Origin: a virus
Taxonomy: Duplodnaviria; Caudoviricetes
IMG/VR virus record: IMGVR_UViG_3300020570_000028
Span: 1-28,698 of that record
Direction: 5' to 3' (one strand)
DNA length: 28,698 nt
In this document: in pieces, positions 28,259 to 28,698 of the stretch
Layout: each line of letters opens with the position of its first letter
Numbering within the stretch: the stretch's first letter is position 1
The notes under the pieces: generated by a model
Told to the model about the DNA's origin: nothing
What the model saw: the letters and a program-made list of their open reading frames with translations, nothing else
Database searches by the model: none
Made by a program: the position numbers and the translations under genes

Positions 28259-28698
28259 ATGGAAGACATTCTTAAAAACATTAAAGTTGATGCTGAAGGC
28301 TTGCGCATTCGCGCTGGTCGACCTGAGGATCTTGATGAGATCATGCAAATTGCCACGCTGGCTTGTGATGAGAACGGTTTTTTAAATCCTAATCCGCAAA
28401 AACTAGCGGCAGAAATTTACCCGGCCTTGTGCTTTAACTACGGCATCGTAGGTTTGATCGGCAAGCCCAACGATAAAATTGAAGGCGTGGTCCTTCTCAG
28501 GATCGGCACCATGTGGTACGCCGACGATTATGTCGTTGAAGAAAAGGCCATCTTCATACACCCTGATTTTAGAAACGCAAAGGGTGGTCGAGGGCGTAAA
28601 CTTTGCGAATTCAGCAAGCGAGTTGCTGACACGCTTGGAATACCGCTTATCATTGGTGTATTGTCGAACAGCCGCACCGAGGCCAAAGTTCGAATGTA
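28259..28698 (+). CDS. GNAT-fold acetyltransferase-like protein (3'-truncated)
   Basis: My translation (absent from the ORF track): MEDILKNIKVDAEGLRIRAGRPEDLDEIMQIA...EEKAIFIHPDFRNAKGGRGRKLCEFSKRVADTLGIPLIIGV...; IRxxxPEDL start and motif A-like IHPDFR..GG.GRKL. Confidence 0.75.
   Translation, partial: MEDILKNIKVDAEGLRIRAGRPEDLDEIMQIATLACDENGFLNPNPQKLAAEIYPALCFNYGIVGLIGKPNDKIEGVVLLRIGTMWYADDYVVEEKAIFIHPDFRNAKGGRGRKLCEFSKRVADTLGIPLIIGVLSNSRTEAKVRM

Overview
This window is the DNA-packaging, head and short-tail (podovirus-like) morphogenesis region of a tailed dsDNA phage. All supported genes lie on the + strand and are tightly packed. Gene order: large terminase (5'-truncated), small ORF, P22-like portal, a 1064-aa multidomain protein, two low-complexity proteins, terminator, small ORF, GroES-like co-chaperonin, putative scaffold, conserved head protein, terminator plus sigma70 promoter and structured leader, capsid decoration protein, major capsid protein, beta-helix protein, two small basic proteins, head completion/adaptor proteins, Gly-X-Thr collagen fibre, 700-aa Thr-rich adhesin-like protein, XhlA-like membrane protein, a methyltransferase-GT32-GT2-TPR fusion, adaptor, tail nozzle-like protein, two further structural proteins, a duplicated-domain protein and a 3'-truncated GNAT-fold protein. 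Main leads: (1) a candidate one-polypeptide virion O-glycosylation system next to Thr-rich fibres; (2) a [K/R/A/Q]-x-Gly-Gly motif repeated about 20 times across five probable internal virion proteins, possibly a cleavage or sorting signal; (3) a switch-like RNA leader ahead of the capsid operon; (4) a polyprotein-like 1064-aa cargo with two enzyme-like domains. All assignments come from motif recognition and gene order; no database search was run.
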